A DNA stretch of 64,000 bases, taken from the NCBI RefSeq assembly GCF_009914755.1, contig NC_060926.1; one strand, written 5' to 3'. Each line of letters begins with the position of its first letter. Positions within the stretch are counted from its first letter, which is position 1. Below, one piece after another: positions 55,504 to 64,000 of the stretch. Made by a program: the position numbers and the translations under genes. Below the pieces are notes generated by a model that worked only from the letters and a program-made list of their open reading frames with translations, did not search any database and was not told the origin of the DNA. Source of the stretch: the human T2T-CHM13v2.0 reference genome, Homo sapiens.

Positions 55504-57183
55504 TTAAAAAGACTTTTTTAAGAACTTTATTAATCTGAACTGTGTGATTATTTTAGGGAGGCCAGGGAGCCCAGTGATGTCAATGCATAGGTAACTGGGA
55601 TCATAAAAGAAGTGCAAATTAAAACTTACCGTATTGGCAGAGAGAGGATTTGAAGAAATACGTTTGTTTATGGGACAGTAAATTGGAACAGCTCTTTGGA
55701 GGGAAATTTGGCAGAATCAGAATTGGAAATGTGCGTACCTTACTGGTTAGCCACTTTGGAGGAACATTTGCATATATACATGGACAAGACTGTTCTTTAT
55801 TACTTGGGAATAGTAACAGGTTGAAACAGCCTGAATGCCCATTGAAAAGTGAATGGATAATTTTAAAAGGTTATCATACAATAACTTTTTACATTGAAAG
55901 GAATTAATTAGCTCTATATTTAATAACATGGATAGTGCAGCCAAACTTATGTAGACACATGCAGAATGACAGTGTGTATACGTTTTTTAGGGAGATGTTT
56001 ATGTGTGAAAATACCTTTAAAAGTTCTGGAAATACAAATACCAAATTCATCGTGGAGAGGGGTCACAAGATGACACCAGACACTTTAGGTTAACGTGTAA
56101 TGTTCTAGTTTATTTTTTTAAGATAATGTATGATACCTTTTAAAGTAACCCTTTAAAGAAAGAGAATTAGTGAGTAATCTGAATGTCATCATTTTTTCAC
56201 TGCCATTTGTTCAATATGTTAGGAAAGTTTGCTAACTTGATAAGACTTAAATAGGGCAATAAAAGATCTGCTGAAGGAATGCTGACAGATGAGAGAATGT
56301 GTCGTTATCACACTTGCTGAAATTACATAAATGTGACTTCTAAACGTGGATAGAAAATTTAGTGGATATTATGTACATCAGGGAATTAGTTTTGATGAAA
56401 TATAAAATTTCCTGTACTTTTGTTTTTCTCAGATGACTTATAGTCTTAAGAATGTTATGTTAAACTTTATTTAGAAAAATACTCTTGGTATAATTCCCTT
56501 TTGGAAAGGAAACACATTAAATCTAACATAGGAGCACAAATATATTTGAGATCAAATTATCTTGTCTGTCATTTATTCCAGTGAAGCCTTTTCTAATAGT
56601 TCAGTAAAGGTCTCTACTCAGAGGTGCAGTGGACAGCTGGCCTGCAATTCTTACCATAACGTTATATATGGTTGAGAGGTTCTAAACCAGGAGGTTGCAT
56701 CAGAATTATCTGGGAATTCAGTAAGAGTGTGTGTGACAGTCCTCCATGGATCTTGGGAGGCTTTGATGCAATAGGTCCAGAGTGAAGCCTGTGGTTTATT
56801 CTCCTATAACTGAATCAAGAGCTACCAATTAGGATAGTAAAGGCAACAGTAGTCCCGAAAGCTGCAGTAAGAATCCACAGGAAAGTGGGTAGAGGAAGTA
56901 GGCCAGATAGTTTTATGAGGGCGGGATGGAAATCACTAGCCCTGGGTTATGGCATTATGCACCAGGCCAGAGAGGACAGGCAAAGAGAGGAACATGTACC
57001 AACTAGGGGAAAGAACCAGCAGTTTTCTTAATTTCTAATTTATTCTAGTGACCTTGTGACATAACCAGCTTCAGATGAGATCTGCACTATGTTATTGGCC
57101 AGTACACTGAGAGTAGAATCACTTGTTCGGTTTGTGGCTATGAAGAGCCCTGATGAGGATTAACTTGTGGTTCTTATTTTTAG

Positions 57184-57229
57184 GGATAAAGTAGCCGTTC
57201 TTCAGGCACTTGCATCCACAGTAAACAGG
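57184..57229 (+). CDS. PTCD3: PTCD3 coding exon 4 (DKVAVLQALASTVNR)
   Basis: Acceptor TTTTTAG|G, donor AGG|GTAAGT; 46 nt. Confidence 0.94.
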
Positions 57230-57377
57230 GTAAGTAGGATTTTGTGTTTTTTTTTAACCTAAAACTTGGCTAATAACACACTTTTTAACTCGGCTAATAA
57301 CACATTTAATACTCATACCTCGTCATTACTCAGAATTAAACTGTTGTGCGTCTAGAAAGTTTCTTTAAAATTGTCTA

Positions 57378-58775
<1,398 letters not shown>

Positions 58776-59592
58776 TTAAAATAAAATTATCAAATCCCTT
58801 TATTTGGCAAAGGAGGAAGCTAAGGTTTTGAAAGTGGCCAGTGGCTGGTTAGGATGTTAAAACCTTAATTAAAGGCTTAATTTCACGCCTTTTATCTCGA
58901 AATGCAGTGTTTTTCTACCATACCAGTGATCTTTAATCCCTGGAAGGGCTTGTTGAAATGTATGTTCTTAGGGGACGATTTGGCTGTAGTATACCAACTT
59001 GGAGAAATAATGTACCTGTCATGCTGACAATCATGTAATGATTAATAATCTGGGTCCTGGAGCCTACTGGTTTGTTTTAATAGCCAAGCAACTAGCTTTA
59101 TGATCTTAGGGAAGTTACTTTACCTCTTGATACTTCTGTTTCCTGACTTATAAATTGGGGGTTAATTATAGCACCAAACCTCAAGGTTGCAGTGGAATTA
59201 TTAACAAATGAATTAAGTATACGTAAGATTTAGGATAGAGTCTGGGACAAAGGAAATTCTTGGTACATTGTATTTTGTTACTGCTACTACTGTATTGTTG
59301 ATTTCATTGACATGAAATTTTCTCTGTTGGCAACTCAAGAGTAGAGTTTGTAGTCTGGTAGATACACTGAAACTTTGGTAAATGCATCAGAAATGGAACT
59401 TTCTGCTTGGTTGTATTTTTTATTAACCAAAAACTTTTAATTTCGTCTGTGGGGAAAAGTCTAAAATAATTAAGTCTTTTTTTCTGCCACAGTATCTGTA
59501 TGGATATTGATCCTCCTTAAGTCGATTATTACAAGTACGCAGAATTGTTCTTCTATTGTAGATATTAAACTACATCTAAAAATGGAACTACT

Positions 59593-59890
59593 AGGCTGGA
59601 CATAGTGGCTCATGCCTGTAATCCCAGCAGTTTGGGAGGTCAAGGCGGGTGGATCCTGTGAGCTCGGGACTTTGAGATCAGTCTGGGCAACATGGTGAAA
59701 CCCTGTCTCTACAAAAAAACACAAAAATTAGCTGAGCGTGGTAGTATGCGCCTGTAGTCCCAGCTACTTGGGAGGCTGAGGTGAGGCTCACTTGATCCTG
59801 GGAGGTGGAGGTGGAGGTTGCGGTGAGCCAGGATCGCACCACTGTACTCCACAGAGTGAGACCCTGTCCCCCCCGCCACACACAAAAAAA
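59593..59890 (+). mobile_element. Alu (AluJ)
   Basis: Dimeric Alu. Confidence 0.85.
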
Positions 59891-60171
59891 TTAAATATAA
59901 AATAAAGATGGAGCTACTAAAGATAGTGTTGGGTCTAATGTGCACTGGTGTACTCTACCAGTTTCTGAAAAAGGACTTTACTACATCTCCCTACTTGCAA
60001 AGCATTGAGATTTTCAGTAGCTCACTTATCCATAAATAGGCACCTGAAATGTAAACATAGAAATGGACCTCCGAGATATTCTCAACATTTCAATGAGAAT
60101 GGCCCAGGGCCACTTTCAAATCAAAGAAGTTATAGAATTGTGTGTAGAATTGTGACTTATCTGGCCCTTAA

Positions 60172-60651
<480 letters not shown>

Positions 60652-60814
60652 TGATAAAGAGCTTAGCATATCCAAAACCAAACCCCATTCCCTCCAAACA
60701 TTCCTCACATATTTCTTTGCCATCTCATTAATGGCAACTCCATTCTTATAGCTGCTCAGGCCAAAATCCTGGGAATTGTTAGCAAAGCCTTTGTTTATCC
60801 CTTCAAAAGATACG

Positions 60815-61315
60815 TGTGTGTGAGGTCTCCGTGACCACTCCCAGGCTAAGAGTTATGACAGCAAGAAGATACAAAGCAAAGTCAGCAAAGAGAAAAGGCT
60901 CATTGGATAAAGACCAAAAGAAATCAGTCACAAGCTTCCAAAAGACCTCTCCAGAAGATTCAACACAGGACATGCTTAATTCCTCCATCAGTGACTTGTG
61001 ACAACACATGCAAAGTGTCTACCAAAGCTCATTAGAGACCCAGTGCCCAGAGTTTTTAGGGGAGGCTGGCCATGTAGACCACCCACTGGCTGGCATATAT
61101 TATACCAAGTTTCCATACTCCCAGAAGGGAAGCAGGTGTTTGGCACAAAACATGTTGTACAAACAGGTTAGGCACAGTGAACCATTCTTAGCAGTTCTAG
61201 GAATGGTAAGAACCCTTCCAATATCCAGGTTCCCAGATGGCAGCCAAGGGCCAGCCTTGGACGCAGACCTTCCTAAGGATAATGGTTTCAGGTCTGTTAA
61301 CTCTTTTCTGCAAAA
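60815..61315. mobile_element. MER21-like ERVL LTR relic inserted in an L2 fragment
   Basis: ACACAGGACATGCTTAATTCCTCC...GTGACAACACATGCAAAGTG...CTCATTAGAGACCCAGTGCCCAGAGTTTTTA...GGCTGGCCATGTAG resembles the recalled MER21 consensus; L2-like flanks. Confidence 0.65.
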
Positions 61316-62323
61316 TATCAAAATTTTAGATGCCTGATATCACTACCAGTCACCTTGGTTATTGTCGTCTTACAAGTCTGGATTAATTGCAGCAGTCTCT
61401 GTCGTCTCCCACTGCACCTCCCTGCACACTGCTCTCAGTTCAGCAGCTGTAGTGACCCTGGATCATATCACTCTTAAGAATTCAACATTGGCTTTCCATT
61501 AGTATAATTCAAATAAAAACTGAAGTTCACAACAGGGCTGCTAAGGTGAGGCTCAAGGGAAAGGGGTTTTTGAAAGGGGTAGCAGAAAGCTAGGTCCAAA
61601 ATAAAACACTGCCTCCAGGTTCCAGGTATGAGCAGCTTTCCGTTGAGAGCTGCAGGGAAGCTTCTGTGCCCCCTCCCTGAGGAGTCCAGGTCAGTAAAAC
61701 AGCATTAAGGATATAGGATAAGTTTTTGCTTTGGAATAAAGGCCCAAGTAAGGCACTCAGACACAGAAGAGAATAAAGAAAGCAATTCTGGGGCATTTCT
61801 CAGTGGGGCCCCTGGTGGTATTGGAGAGTTGATTATGCTCAGGTTTAGGGAGCAATTTTAATGGGTAACAGGACGTGGGAGAAGGTTCTGTTGTTCATTC
61901 CTCAGAGGGCACGGTGATATCTTCCATTTGGAGGAGGGACTCTTGGTGAAGTTGAGCGTGGGTGGATAGTGACCTTGCTTTGGAGGAAATCCTATTCTGG
62001 GATTCTGCTGTTAGGACTAGTTAATTCAGATGATTCTTACCTAGAGTTTAAAACAGTCCCCAGTGGTAGCAAACTTAAATATTAAAATCAGCCATGGGGA
62101 GGGAGGCTTAAGCCATTGCTTGCCTTGCATAATTAAAGGCAAGTCTTGTAGAGCTGAGAGTACAGTGCAGGTGTTTGTCTTTTGTCTTTTTTCTCTATAT
62201 ATACATGTATATATGCCCACACACGTTTGCGCATTTAGGTTACATACATAATTACAACTTACGGAATTTTTGTTTATCAAAACTCACAAGGTCCTCTTAA
62301 AAATTTAGCTAGAAAGACTTGTG

Positions 62324-62557
62324 GGCTGGATACAGTGGCTCACGTCTATAATCCTAGCCCTTTGTAAGGCAGAAGTGAGAGAACTGCTTGAGGCCAGGAG
62401 TTTGAGACCAGCTTGGGTGACAAAGCAAGACACCCTCTCTACAAAAAATTTTGTGAAATGGCCAGCTGTGGTGGCACACACCTGTAGCCTAGGCTACTTG
62501 GGAGGCTGAGGCAGGAGAATCCCTTGAGTCCAGGAGCTAAAAGTTACAGTGAGCTGT
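62324..62557 (+). mobile_element. Alu (AluJ, 3' truncated)
   Basis: Diverged dimeric Alu ending shortly before the PTCD3 exon 5 acceptor. Confidence 0.82.
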
Positions 62558-62599
62558 CTTCAAAATAAATATAGAAATTGTATTATGTCTTTTCCACAG

Positions 62600-62668
62600 G
62601 ATACCACAGCTGTGCCTTATGTGTTTCAAGATGATCCTTACCTTATGCCAGCATCATCTTTGGAATCT
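62600..62668 (+). CDS. PTCD3: PTCD3 coding exon 5 ([23 protein letters not shown])
   Basis: Acceptor CCACAG|G, donor TCT|GTGAGT; 69 nt; DDPYL motif. Confidence 0.95.
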
Positions 62669-63124
62669 GTGAGTATTTTCATATAATTTTCTAGTGTTTT
62701 ATCTCTCTGGTTTGCGTACAACAGTACATAAATAATTTAGTTGTAATAACCTGGGAAAGGTTTACAAATGCTGAGAAATTGATAGACTATGTGAATCCTT
62801 TACTACTTTCTTCAAAAAGATGTACATATCGTCAATGGGGAAAGGATTTTTGGTTTTGGTTTCTAATACTTAGGGCTTTTTCACACTGGAGTGACCCACT
62901 CAGTTTAAATGGCTTGCTTTTTATATATTTCAAGCTGTGTATAAGATGCTAACTGAAATTATATCACAGTAGAAAAGGTGGGATAGTCTATAATTTCTAA
63001 TTGGGATTCTGCGTGTTGTTGCATTTGTTTTTTTTTGTGAGGGGGGAGAAATTCTTGCTGAGAGTGTAACTATAATCTTGCTTGAGTTTAAATTACATGT
63101 ATTTAAATCTTTTTCTTTATATAG

Positions 63125-63229
63125 CGTTCATTTTTACTGGCAAAGAAATCCGGGGAGAATGTGGCCAAGTTTATTATTAATTCATACCCCAAATATTTTC
63201 AGAAGGACATAGCTGAACCTCATATACCG
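63125..63229 (+). CDS. PTCD3: PTCD3 coding exon 6 ([35 protein letters not shown]); gene continues beyond right edge
   Basis: Acceptor TATATAG|C, donor CCG|GTAAGG; 105 nt; cumulative 414 nt in frame. Confidence 0.95.
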
Positions 63230-63522
63230 GTAAGGAGAGGTAGTTACATTATTTACATAATACTATTTTAAATGTAAATTAAACCAGGCTTTCATGGCTA
63301 ATATTTCAGTAGCCATTTGAATACCCTCAATATTTGGATGATAAGCCTTTTAAAGTGTGGAGTTAGCTTTGATCACAAGACTAACTTTAAAATTCTTTCT
63401 GTATTTATTTGCTCTTCATCTTAATATTTTCCCCATTTGATTTTTGTGACACCATGCTCTTAGGTCTTTAATTCTATGACTGAAGTTTCCTTCACTACCT
63501 CTCTATACACATCTTTCTCTTC

Positions 63523-64000
<478 letters not shown>

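Overview
Primate, almost certainly human, genomic DNA at the POLR1A/PTCD3 head-to-head locus (2p11.2 from recall). The minus strand carries coding exons 1-15 of POLR1A, the largest catalytic subunit of RNA polymerase I (ATG at 51846). All junctions are GT-AG and the exons splice in frame to 736 codons, including the Zn-binding clamp cysteines and the NADFDGDE active-site motif; the gene continues off the left edge. The plus strand carries coding exons 1-6 of PTCD3 (mitoribosomal PPR protein mS39; ATG at 52318; 138 codons), continuing off the right edge. The two ATGs are 471 bp apart across a CpG-rich bidirectional promoter with NRF1, ETS, CCAAT, GC-box, ZNF143 and YY1/TISU-like motifs. The introns are filled with Alu, L1, L2, MIR, Tigger1, MER5/MER58 and MER21-like relics, and nearly all other ORFs in the track are repeat-derived or shadow ORFs. 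I found no evidence of a new gene or a new multi-gene system. The most unusual structures are: (1) a ~540-bp local inverted duplication in POLR1A intron 14; (2) a trimeric Alu built by inverted copying of a neighbouring AluY together with its unique flank; (3) a POLR1A exon 11 donor whose GT is the first unit of a (GT)19 microsatellite; (4) an overlapping uORF/TISU arrangement at the PTCD3 start; (5) a duplicated polypyrimidine tract with decoy AGs at exon 15; and (6) an AT-rich, repeat-poor island containing a perfect 20-bp palindrome. Exon coordinates were counted to the base. Repeat boundaries and subfamily calls are by eye and approximate.
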